64,000 nucleotides of DNA from Eledone cirrhosa (Eukaryota). Shown here in pieces: positions 49,657 to 62,325 of this stretch (the stretch's first letter is position 1; each line of letters opens with the position of its first letter). Under the pieces are notes generated by a model, which saw nothing but the letters and a program-made list of their open reading frames with translations, made no database searches and was not told where the DNA came from. The stretch is taken from positions 40,424,001 through 40,488,000 of the forward strand of contig OZ024740.1 of the NCBI GenBank assembly GCA_964016885.1, given 5' to 3'. The translations under genes were made by a program, and so were the position numbers.

Positions 49657-49754
49657 TTTATTGAGACTAGAATAGTATCTGTCAAAAATGACCAGGTTTA
49701 TAATAAAAAATATTTAATTTAATAATTTCTTGATTACAACATTCTATGTAAAGA

Positions 49755-49999
49755 TCATCATCATCATCATCATCATCATCATCGTTTAACGTCTATCTTC
49801 CATGCTAGCATGGGTTAGACAGGAATTGTCCCACTTGAGGCAAGATTTGGTCGGATGACCGTATCTCGTTCGTATAAGACTGTCTGGCAGGTTTTCTACG
49901 GCTGGATGCCCTTCCTAACACCAACCACATTTACAGTGTGGACTGGGAGCTTTTACCGTGTTACCTACACGGCCACATTACAGCGTGGACTGTGTGTTT
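49755..49999 (-). mobile_element. 3' UTR fragment of the PHD-RT RTE family
   Basis: (CAT)n plus sequence colinear with 321-540. Confidence 0.85.
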
Positions 50000-50755
50000 G
50001 ATGTGTAACAAAATTATCCTTTAGTGAATGTTGCTATGATAACGAAATTCAACGTATTTTCCTATCATATTTGATATTCATCATTTCTGAAGAAAATTTA
50101 CTAAACATGATAACGTCACTCCCAAATATAAAGGCAAAGACAGCAATCATACAGTCTCTTTCCTCTTCTTCATTGCATGTGACACATGATGGTCACCTAG
50201 GACTGCTAGCCGTGCTGGACATTTTTTACCAGACAGTCACAGATATAAGCTGTTACGGCTCTATTTCCTTACTTCCTTACTTCCTTACATTCTCTTCACA
50301 TACACACGTCTTTCTCTCTGTAAAAGGTAATGGCATATTGCTGAGGGGTGTGTAGGTGCAGTGCATGCCCCAAAAGTTGTTGTTAGAAAATGAGTCATTT
50401 TTGTTGGAAAATGAGTCATTTTTGTCAAAAAATTATGAACATCTGCACCCCACAAAATGATAGGAGCAATTCACTTATGGTAAATGGTATATATGATACT
50501 ACATATTTTTCACTAATACAATTTCACCTAAAGAACTTGCAAATGGTTTCATTGTATTCCATAGTCAAAATAAAAAAAATATAATTCCTTGTTGGTCCCT
50601 ATTCGCTCACTTTCTCCATTTCAATTACAAAGCAACATCGACTATTGATTGACCCAAGAAACATTTCTGTTTAAAATGCCTGACTTCTCAATTATCCTTG
50701 ACCCTCCAGCCATGTCCATATGTTCATTCTACATGCATTATCATTATCAAATATA

Positions 50756-50953
50756 TGAGGGCAGGCTGAAAAGTTCATAGACTGACTATAAAGGAATGAT
50801 GCTAGAGCTGTAATATCTTGCATGCATTAATTTCAACTCTTCTTATTAATAACTGCATTGTTTCTTTCCTAGGACTATGTTGAAAAATAAACTTCATTTG
50901 TTCATTCCATGAGAATATCTTGGTCAGCCTATGCTCTTTTCAGCTGACCCTCA
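50756..50953. mobile_element. mariner-type MITE
   Basis: TA|TGAGGGCAGGCTGAAAAGTTCATAG ... CTATGCTCTTTTCAGCTGACCCTCA|TA. Confidence 0.8.
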
Positions 50954-51005
50954 TATATAAACTAAATTACAATGACTATAATCTATCTATCTATCTATCT
51001 ATTTA

Positions 51006-53866
51006 CTTATATACAGTAGACGGATTAGCACTTTAGTTAAACAGCACTTGACAGGGGCCATTGTCAACAACAGATGGTGGTACTCTCTGAAGAGGTCAGT
51101 TAGATTAGACTCGTTAGTTTTTAGTAAAGAATTAGCGTTAGATAGAAATAGGACAAAGAAGGAACTGGTAGATAAAGTAGAAGAGGCAATTAGAAGTGGC
51201 AACGTAGCCAGCGTGCTAGCAACGAGAACGGCCTTGGACCAGTTCTTCGACGCAAAGCACAAGAGCTGCGTTGTCAGAAGCAAAATACGCACTCTGGGTT
51301 ACAAGGGAGCCAAAGCTGTTAGCTGGGCCCGGGTGACAGAGGCAAAAAGTGGCAATAAGTCCACGATTCGGTCTTTGAAGGACCAAGACGGACACGTGAT
51401 ACGTGAGCCGAAGCAGATGTGCACGGCCTTTCAGTGGCATTTTGCTCAGCTGTTCGGGCAGGGTGGCGCACCGGGAGAGGCTATGGATTTCAGTCCATAC
51501 CTCGACGGCCTGCCGCGACTCTCGGACAGCTAGGCGAAGTTCTGCGAAAGGCCGATTTTAGCCGCTGGGATAGGGGACGCGCTGAGCCAATGCGGCAAAC
51601 GCAAATCTCCAGGTCTCGACGGTCTACCCTACGAATTTTACGTAGCAATGCCGGACTTGTTCTCTGTTCTCCTGGAAGCGGTCTACTGCAACTGGCAGCA
51701 GAACGGGAGAATTCCCAGTTCTGTGACCAGGGGTGTAGTCATGCTAGTCAGGAAGGACGAGAATAAGGGGGAAGACATAGGCAACTTCCGGCCCATAACT
51801 TTGCTAAACACAGAGTTACAGATTTTGACCAAGGTGTTGGCAAAGAGGCTGGCGCTTGTCAAAAATCTGGTGGGAGAAGCGTAGACATGCGCAATCCCGA
51901 CCAGGTCCATACACGACAACCTCCACTTCATGCGATACATCGTAGAGAGGGTTGGGTGTAAACCCGGCTTTGGTGGGGCCCTGATCAACTTGGATCAGTC
52001 TAAGGCTTTTGATAGGGTTGACCATCGTTACCTGGATACGGTGCTCGAGGCAGCAGGCTTCGGACCCGTGTTCAGGAGCTGGCTTGCTACAATGCACAGC
52101 AGCAACATCTGGTTAAGGGTCAAGGTGAACGGCTACCTCTTGGAGCCGTTCCATATCACGCGATCCATTCGACAGGGATGCCCTCTCTCCTCCCTTCTGT
52201 ATGTACTGACTCTTGAGCCACTACTGCGGAAGTTGGAGCTATTGCAGAGCATCCCTCTGGAACCGGGACTGCGGAAAGCGGCATCGGCCTACGCCGACGA
52301 CGTGATAGTAATGGTGTCGAGCACCTCACAAATCGAGGAAGTCAGCACCTTACTGAAGGAATACGAAAGGTTCACAGGAGCGAAGCTGAACCAGGTTTGC
52401 AACTCGGATCGTGGAGAGGCAAACTGATGCCTTCCGATGGCGTTATCAGACGCTGGACGGAAGGACTGGTAAAGCTGCTCGGGGTATGGTTTGGTCCAGA
52501 CCTCCAGGTGGAGAAGAACTGGAACGAGGTGATGGCCAAGGTGTTTGTACTCACCGAGAAGTGGGCCGAGTGCAAACTATCCTTGAAAGGTCGAGTGGAG
52601 GTGGCGAACACTTATAGCGTCCGTCATCTACTACCGCTTGACCGTCGTGCCTTGTCCAGCCAAAAGGCTCACCAAAATGGAGCGCGCGCTCTTCCAATTC
52701 TTTTGGAAGAAGCGGGCTCCTTTGGTGAGAAGATCCATCTGCTGCCAACACCCTTCCAATGGAGGGCTGGGGATGCCGTGGCTGACGATGCGCAAACACG
52801 CGCTCAGGCTGCGGCATCTCTACGTATTCCTCACCGGACAACCGGTGTGGGCCCCGTTCGTGAGGCGAGCCTTCCCACAACTCGTTTTGCTGACCGAGCT
52901 GCAGTCCTGGGTCAAGTAAAGACCGAGGAAAATGGGCGACTGGCACATCGAATGTGCTCAGGCGCTCACAGCCCTCTGGCAGGCGGACCCGGCGATCAGT
53001 GGAGACTCCACTTCATCATTCTATAGAGGGTTGATCCGCAGAAAGTGCGACGACGCGCTCGGAGAGACTCTAGGTGTAGAGGAAGATGAACTGGCCAGTC
53101 TGTTCGGTAGGACCTTCCGCCCGGGACCGATGGACAACTTCCAAAAGTCCCTGGCCTGAGGAGCTCTACCAGTTCGAGACAAGCTCTACAGACATGGGCG
53201 CCCGGGCAGGGACCCTTCGAAAAAGATCTGTTCGAGATGCGTGCGAGACGAAGAAACCGTCGCACACGCATTCATACACTGCCCGGGCGTTATCGACCTG
53301 TGGGGCTATGTAGAACGACTATTGTCGCGGGTGGGACCAATCTGATTGACCACCGAGTCCATTGTCATGATCAAACCGCAACGAAAGAGAGGCGGTTTTC
53401 CTTTATGTGATAGCTATGGCGAAAGAAGTTGTATGGTGGACGAGGTTAAAAGGGCTGAGGTCAGACACCTTTCTTTCCGGCCAACAACTGATTCTTTTTT
53501 TCAAATACCACTTTGGAAGAAGAATCAGTATGGAGAGAGAGGTGCTGCACCCCAGCAAGTTTTATGAAAGGTGGGTGAAAGTGGCGAGAATGGCCCGAGT
53601 GAATGGGCCTTCTCTCTATATCAGCCTGTAGGTTGAGGAAAAGGAGGAGAGGAAGGGATTACAAACTCTTCGTACTCCTGGAGATGAGGGTTGCACATTT
53701 TTTCGGAGGTATGTGTTACCCATATGAAATGTCTCCTCCTATTGGGGAAAATCGATTAATTTTTAAATTGCATTTGTGATAGTATTTTACACGTTTTTAT
53801 TGTATGTAAACTTCCCCCTTTGTATTTGTCCCCTTCTTTTGTGCCCCTGTAGCTAATAAAGAAACA
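51006..53866 (+). mobile_element. Tx1/L1-clade LINE, 5'-truncated, degenerate paralog of 24070-27516
   Basis: TGAIVNNRWWYSLK, DQSKAFD, RQGCPLS, AYADD with stops and frameshifts. Ends AATAAAGAAAC. Flanked by atctatctatctattta on both sides. Confidence 0.92.
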
Positions 53867-54269
53867 TATCTATCTATCTATTTATCTATCGATTTATCTA
53901 TCTGTTTGTCAGTCTGTATGTCTACCTGTCTACCTTTCTATCCATCAATCCATCCATCTACCTTGGAAGGTAGGCAGGAAGGTAGATGTTGTTTTTATTG
54001 TCTAAAAATAGATATATAATAAGATAGCTGTTGTTCTACAACTCCCCATGCTATATGTGAAAGCAGTTCAGTCGGTGCCAGGTGGCAAGAGAACACCCTG
54101 GTTCAACCAGGAGGTTAAAGAAGTCATCTAAGCAAAGAAAAAGGTTTACAAAGCTTGACTTGGAAATAAGTCTTCTTTCTTGCACATGCAGTTCTTCTTC
54201 TTCTTCTTCTTCTTCTTCTTCTTCTTCTTCTCCTCCTCCTCCTCCTCCTCCTCCTCCAAAAAACAAGAC

Positions 54270-56870
54270 CAAGCAAGCTCATGGATGTTATCCAACCACC
54301 TTGCTCAGAGTCTACCCCTAGATCTCCTGCTGGTTGGTTTTGCCCATAAAATCTGTTCAGTGATTTTTTTTCTTAAGCATTCTAACTACATGTCCATAGT
54401 ATCGGAGCTGTGATTTCTCAATTTGGAGAAGTCGCAGCACTACCTGGAGTGATTCCTTGATCTTTGAACCACCTACACTATCAAGTAATGTTACTTCTAA
54501 GACCCTTCAGAGGAACATCATTTTGGTTGCTTGTACCTGTAATCGTATTCTTTCAGTCATTACTTAAGATTCATGACCAAAGGTAAGGGTAGACACAAAC
54601 ACTGAACTGAAGAAAGTGAGTTTGGCTTTACACCTACCTCCCTGCTGATGACCAAATGTGAGATAAAACCCATTTTGATTGCTTGTATTCGTAATCATAT
54701 TTGTTCAGTCATTGCCCCAGATTCATTACCATTGCTGAACCAGCTCCTGCAATTCTTGCATTTAATTCAGCCTCCTGCTTTCCATCACTCATAAACATGG
54801 TCCCAAGATATTTGAACTTCTCTCTCTGCTTCAGTAGAACTCCACTCACATGCATAGAGCACTGTGCAGGCTTCCTTGAGAGGCCAAGTGTCTCAGTCTT
54901 CACAGCTCTGATTTTTATTCCAACCATGCAGCACACAGCAGCAAATGTATCAAGAGCATATAGGAAATAACCTTTTGATAAGTTATGTTATACCATGTCG
55001 CTCACAAATTCCAACTGACTGATCCTACACCTGCCAGTTTTGATACTACTTCCAGCCCACTTATCAATCCTGTCCATGAAGAGTATGAACAAGAGAAATA
55101 ACAGCACACACCTTTGGTGGAGTCCAACACCCTCATTGAATGGTTTCAACTTAGCAACATTTATCCAAATATAAATACTGTAGCATTTGTATAAGGATTT
55201 TATGGCAACAAGAAGCTGTCCATCGATCTTATACTCCTGAAAAAAGTTGTGTGGAACACAGTTGAATGCGTTTTCGAGGTCCATGAAACAAGCATTCGCC
55301 TCTTGGCAATACTCTCATGATTTCTCAAAGACCTACAACAAAGTGAATATTTGGTCAGCTCTGCTGCATCTGAGGAGAAAACTACACTGTTCATCAGTGA
55401 GCTTGGACTTAATAATATCCCTACGTTCCTTTGCCACACACTTTACCAGACTTTACTGAGATCGCTTAACAAGGAGATCCTTCTATAATTGGAGCAACCT
55501 CTCTTGTCTCTCTTTTTGAAAATTGGGATTATCATTCCCAATTGACATTGCTTAGGTGCCTTTCCAGCGATCCAGGCCACACAACACACACAAGTCAGCC
55601 AGAGAATACCGTCTCTATTTAAGGCTTCTAACATCTCAGGCCAAATTTCATCCTCCCCAGCAGCCTTGCCATATTTGAGCTCTTTTATTGCTCTGATGAC
55701 TTCAGCCACTGAGAGGTTAGTCACACTCCCAGATGTACCTCATGTACATCAGAAGATATTACTGTGACTGGATGTAGGAGATCAGCAAAGTATTCTCTCC
55801 ACTTCACTAGGATGTATCCTAGAAAAGTTCCTGATAGCAGGTGTATGGGAGGGCTTCTTATTACAAAGTCAGTGGATGTTCTGCCAGAACACTTTATTTG
55901 CTGATCTAAAATCAGATTCCAGCTAGACCCTAAAGTCCTCCCATAACTTAACATTGGACACCTTTACTGTCTCTGCTGTAACTTTTCATGCCTGCTTGTA
56001 CCACAAGTGCAAGAAGGAGGACTTATTTCCAAGCCAGGCTTTGTAAGCCTCCTTCTTTGCTCAGATGGCATCTTTAACCTTTTGATTGAACCAAGGGGTC
56101 ATCCTGCCACCCTGTGACATGCCAAGCCATTCTTTCCCACAGCATTCAACAGCAGCTAAAGCAGAAACCCCCAAGCTGAACAGTCTTCATTCTGACTCAA
56201 TATTCCCAGTTAGTTCAGGCAGTTCTCTGAATTTCGATGCAATAGTATCCATAAATCAGTTCTTGACTTTCTTATCTATCAGCACTTACCACTTTAACCT
56301 GAAGGTCATGTTGGACCTGTAAGTTTTGTGGGCTCTCTTGGTTTTAGGTAGTCTCAAGTTGCAGATAACTAGATGGTGATCAGTTGACAGCTCAGCCCTG
56401 CTCTTAACATGAACATTCATCACAGACTTAAAGAGATCAGAGACAATAAAAAAAATCAATTATTGATCTCTCTCCTCAATTCCCTTAAACCATGTGTATT
56501 TATGGATGTCTTTGTGTTGGAAGAAGGTGTACATTATAAAGAGCCCATTACTAGAACAGAAGTTTAATAAGGCCTCTCCATTTGTATTTAAACTGGGATC
56601 CCGTTCATTCCAATCACTCCTTTCCATGTCAGGTGGTCAGTGCTAACAAGTGCATTGAAGTCTCCCATTAGGATATATGACTCAATATTTTCTAATTCTG
56701 CAGTGACTTCATCAAGGAAGAATCTGTATTCACCCACAGAGAACTTTCTTTCAATGTAATCTTCAAGAGGCAAATCCTTTCTCTCACTGAGATCCAGTCC
56801 ATAAGAGATTCTGATAGCTGGGGGCCTGTGAGTATCCCCACTCCTGCCTCTGCAGTCATTTCTGGTGCGA
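54270..56870 (-). mobile_element. Degenerate RTE-clade LINE (EN plus RT), second family
   Basis: LMGDFNA, LSTDH, GKAAGEDEI, CSNYRRISLL, DLENAF, HQRCVL, FKYLG. An inverted fragment of the same family lies at ~54060-54190. Confidence 0.85.
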
Positions 56871-58330
56871 CACCTGAATAATGGGGTTTCCATCGTCTAT
56901 TTAAATGTTTCCATCCTCCATGTAAATGTACAGGACCAAAGTCATGGAATTTTGTTGAGGAAACATCAACTATATAAAATCAATAACATATGGCATTCTC
57001 CCTTGTTCTTGCTCCTTGCATATAAATGTTGTAACATTTCAGTTTCCAATTGTTAATGTTTTCTCCATTCTGGTTCCACTTTGGGATGTTTGGATATGCA
57101 ATTTTTGTTCATCCATCACACGCCTCCCAAAACAGTTTCAGCGTTAGCTGGATGGAGATTGTAAAATTTATTTTTCAAACATGCCTCTTTACTTAAGGTC
57201 CAAACATATCCTTTCTTACACCACGTGAAGAACAATACAGTATGGTGTATTTTTATTTAATCTGACTACACTATAGTTTCGATGGTCTTATTCACGTCAG
57301 TCAGCAATTTGGTAATTTTCTCAGACCCTCAAAGATGAGGTATTTTTAGAGGTGGCTTTGTCTCACCTCATCATAACTACATTACTGGGTTGGGAAAGGT
57401 TTCTTGAGAGCTAACAATATCATCCATTTCCCCATCTTCCTTAATAGCTTACTGCTGTTTGATCCAGGGTGACTTATTTGTCTGGCAAGAGCTCAGTTAT
57501 ATTGCAACTAACCACTATATTTGGTGGCCGTATCACTGTCAATGATGCCACCCACACATCCATGACTACAATCATACATCAATGTCCAACCCACATCCAC
57601 ACATCAATGTCCACAGACATACACCCATGTCCACACCCACACATCAATCTTCACACACCCATATACCCATATCCAACCCCAACCCCCATTTATTTCCCAC
57701 CTTCGTTTCTTTTCTGATGAAGGACCATTATCTGATACATAGAAGACTCTTCTTTTTACTTTTCAGACAAGTATTAACCTCAAACATTTTTTTAAGTTAT
57801 TCTCTGAGTTTGTCTTCATTGTTTTTGATTCTTGACCTGATACGTATATACATACATACAAAGTTAAAAACAGAGAAGGAGGACTCTATTTTTACTGATA
57901 AAATAGAATATCACAGGAGTATATTTCAAGGAGACAGTCTCTCCATGCTACTATTTATTGTCATTAAACCCCTTGTCCTTTCTGCTCTAGAAATGTGAAG
58001 GATACATAATTGGCTCACAGGAAGACAGAAATACGAACCTAACCCATAATTTCTTTGTTGATGACCTGAAATTCTATGCCAAGAACATAAATAGGATGAA
58101 GAAAAATCTTGACCTGATTATGAAATTCTTGAAAGATATAGGAATGGAGTTTCTCCACAATAAATGTTCATATATGATTGTAAAATGGGAAAGAACTACA
58201 AGCCAATCTAACAACATTTTTATCAATGGCCTAACTGTTTCACTGAGATCTGACAATGACTGCTACAGATACCTGGGGATAGATGAGAATATATCATATA
58301 ATGGTGTCTGTAATAAGGAACACATAACCA

Positions 58331-59921
58331 AAGATGATATCCTTGATATCATTTAGCTGGGCTAAATTCTATGAAGAACTGTACTTCAGCAACTCAGAAC
58401 CAACGACCATTCATGATTCAACATCAGATGCCATTCCATCTATCTTAGCTAGCGAGATATCTCATGCCATAAAAAATTTGAAGTGAGGAAAATGCCCTGG
58501 ACAACATATACTCAGAATTCATCAAAGCTGGAGGTGAACCAATTATCAAAGCACCTCAACATCTTTTTAACTGTATTATCAGTACAGGAAAAAGCCCAAA
58601 CATGTTCAAGAAAGCATTAATAGTTGTACTCTACAAAAAAGGTAGCAGACTTGATGGTGGGAACTATCGTCCTATCAGCCTATTGAGTCACGTTTACAAG
58701 CTTTTCATGAGTATCATTGCAGCATGAGTGAAGTCAGACCTTTACGCCTGAAACACAAGCTGCGTATCAGCCTGGAAAAGGTACCATTGAGCAGATCCTA
58801 GCTATTGAACTAATCATTGAGAAATCAATAGAATTCAACGACCATGTGCACATCGCCTTTATTGACTTCACAAAAGCATTTGACAACGTGAAACTCTCCA
58901 GCTTGTGGCAACTCTTAAACAAGACCTCAATTTACAAAAAATACATCAACCTACTGAAAGAAATTTACATCAACTTAACAGCATATATCAAAACAGATTT
59001 GGGAACTACATGATGTATAGACATCTTGAAGGGAGTTAAGCAGGGGGATGTATTATCAGCACTTCTTTTCTGTATAGTTTTAGCTGCACTTACCTACCAA
59101 ATTGAAGAAGAATGCTCCTCTGGCTATCAAATAGGAGGTAAAATCCTATCAAATCTTAGCTATGCAGACGATCTGGCTATCATGAGTTATTCTAGAACTG
59201 ATCTGCAAGACTTTCTGAATGTACTGACGAAACATTCGCTGGAGGCTGGCTTACACATCAACATCTCCAAAACAAAGTGCATGACAACTGATAAAAACAA
59301 TGCTAATCTCTAACTCACAATCTACAACCAGCAAATTGCTCAAGTTATGGAGTTTGTATATCTCGGTCACAAACTATCTTTAAACAACAATGGAATGGTT
59401 GCTGCACAGTATCGCATCACTCTAGGTTGGGCAGCTTTCAACAAGAACGAGGAACTACTAACATCAAAACAAGTTTCCTATCATTTGAAGGCTAAGATCT
59501 TTGATACTTACATCCTACCAGTTGTGTTATATGGTCTTGACTGTGTTAATTGGATGACAAGGTCACTTCAGAAGCTCTCTACATTCCAGAATCACATCAT
59601 GAGACTTATGACTGGCAAGAGGCTCAGCGACCATATCTGTATCCATGAGCTGCTCAACATTACCAAACTTAGACCAATTACATCAATTGTCAAGTCAAGA
59701 GTACTCAAACTATACGGTCATATAAAAAGATCAACTTGTGGTGCGAGTAGGTTATGCCTGGAAGGAAGGTTAGCTGGTAAGAGAAGCAGAGGCCGGCAGT
59801 CAAAACAATGGCTTGATAATGTCAACTTATGGACTGGACTTGATCTTTGCTCTTTAAACTCTGCTGTGTTGGTGATCAAACTTTGTGGAGAGAGATATCA
59901 CATGTTAATGCGCAGTAGTAA
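58331..59921 (+). mobile_element. RTE-clade LINE fragment (third family) nested in Dong copy 3
   Basis: NYRPISLL, DFTKAFD, KQGDVLS, YADD, FVYLG, GKRSRGR...W. TSD TAACCA at 58325-30 and 59922-27. Confidence 0.85.
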
Positions 59922-60765
59922 GTAACCAGGGAATGTTACACCTGATTAAGAAAAATATGGTCATCTGAAATCTCTGCATACAATAAAACAGTAGCTCACA
60001 ATGTTTTTGCTGTGCCTCTCCTAACACCAATATTTGGAATACTTAATTGGACGATAGACGAAATCCGAGCAATTGATGTTAGAACTCGAAAAATACTAAA
60101 CAACACCGGAAACTTCCACATCAACAGTGACATAGACCGCCTTTACTTGAAACGTAAGCAGGGAGGCAGAGGTCTAACATTAGTCCAGACAGCATCTGAG
60201 TGTCGCATCATATCCCTCTGACAACATCATGAACCTCCAAGTGTAGGAGCCCATCTATTGAGCAAGTCTATCTGCATGAGACAGATAAGATCATGAGAGT
60301 TGGGAAGGAACTCCTTGAAAGATACTCCCTGCATGATAATCAAAATATCACACTGAGGTAAATTGCCAGCAATACCACAGTGAATCCACAGATGAAAAAC
60401 TGCATGCTTATCAGCAAAAAAATCATGCATGGATATGTTGCCAGGACAGGAGGCTCAAGTGTGAGTGTAATATAGATAAGCAAAGTAGTTTATCTTGGAC
60501 CAACAACGGTTATATTGGCTCCCACTTTGAAGGATACACTTTTGCAATCCAAGAACAGGAAATCAATACAAAATACCTGATTCACAAAAGAGATAGGTTG
60601 CAGGCAAAACACCTAGATGTGACAACAAAAGCAGAATTAACATTGAAGATGTCACCCATGTCATAAGCAGCTGTCCAAAGATGTCATCGCGGTACTATCT
60701 ACCTATAAAGCATGATGTAGTGGCCAAAACACTGTACAATGCAATCTGTAAAAAAGCCCCGACAA

Positions 60766-61392
60766 TCTATATAATACTAAAACTCTGTAATTGCCTGTTT
60801 CATGCTTGTCTGTAATGTAATACAGCCAAAAGGGTGCATAATGGGGAAATATTTTGAAAGGAAGTTGACCCTGAAATGGGAATACAAATGGATTAAAACA
60901 AGTTTTGCATAAATCAAAGCACATGCTCCTGAGATATGGGGTTTTTCTGGGTACCTTCATAAACAGAAAGAGAGAAAGATAGAGAGGAAGAGATAGTGGT
61001 TGTGAGAGAGTAGATTGAAAGAGAGACATAGAGAGGGGAAGAGAAGACAGAGAAGAAGAATGGGAGAAAGAGAGAGAGAGAGAGCTGGTGGTATTGTTGT
61101 GTATATATATGTGAGTGTGTGTGTATACATATGTGTGTGTGTGTCTATGACCAGTGTATATAGATCACAGACACTCACATATATATATATACACACACGC
61201 ATACATATATATGTATACACTCGCACATACATTTATATATACATTCACACATACGTATATATATGGGCCTTCCAGTTTCATTTCACATTATATACATGTC
61301 TGTATAATTATCTAAAAATTATTTTCAAGTGAACATGATTTTAAAAAAGTATTTTGAAGTCAATGTGACCCAACGGGACACTGGTGATCTAG
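60766..61392 (+). mobile_element. Non-autonomous Helitron nested in Dong copy 3
   Basis: A|TCTATATAATACTAAAA ... GTGACCCAACGGGACAC hairpin, then TGGTGAT and CTAG|T. Removing it restores colinearity with 19380-19405. Internal (GA)n, (GT)n, (TA)n. Confidence 0.82.
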
Positions 61393-62063
61393 TAGACATT
61401 AAAAGTTACAGCAATGTGGAAGACATATATATATACATAATATGAAAGGGTACTGGTGGAATGTTCCAGTCAAAACTCCAATAAGATGCAAGCATAACAG
61501 ACCAGATAATATGAGACAGGGAAAAGAAGGCATGCACAGTAGTGGATGTTAGCTGCCCAGCAGATGCCAATATAATATTAAAGATTAGTGAAAAGGAGAA
61601 TATCTATGCAAAACTAATGAGGTATCTGCAGATACTCCACTCTGACTATACCTTCAGATGTATACCTATGATTATTGGGGCACTGTGATATGTTAGTAAC
61701 TGCCTCGGTACAAATCTTGAGAATCTGGGCTCCATAGAAACAGAAAGAATATGACTAGCTAGGAAATTACAAGTACAATCCATTAATGGAACAGTAAATA
61801 TATGTAAAACATTCCAAAAATTCTACATCCAATAACACCATATACACATGTACAGAATCAAAGCATATACACATGCACACATATAACTCAGAACATACAC
61901 ATCCACACATACAATAACATTCATACCTGTACACACATGCAGACGTGCATACATATCTACCTAGTTGATGTTGTGTAAATTACAATGAGAGAGTCTTGTG
62001 TCTATGTTAGAAACCAACTCTCTCTCTCTATTGGTAAAAATTTATAAAATTATAAAACCAGAA

Positions 62064-62184
62064 CATACGTACATACGTACATACATACATACATACACAC
62101 ATACATACATACATACGTACATACATACATACATACATACATACATACATACATACATACATACATACATACATACATACATAC
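62064..62184. repeat. (CATA)n microsatellite, the 3' tail of the adjacent RTE
   Basis: About 30 units directly abutting the RTE 3' end. Confidence 0.9.
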
Positions 62185-62251
62185 ATGATGGCTGCCCCCT
62201 CGTTATCGAGTATGGCCATTGCACGAGGAGAAAGAAAAAAAAAAAAAAGAA

Positions 62252-62325
<74 letters not shown>

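Larger units (their letters stand above)
57861..62063 (+). mobile_element. R4/Dong family B copy, 5'-truncated, with nested RTE and Helitron
   Basis: Colinear with 18181-20047 (IFQGDSLS, FVDD, YRYLG, 3' UTR ...ttataaaaccagaa). Flanked by (CATA)n on both sides. Confidence 0.9.
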
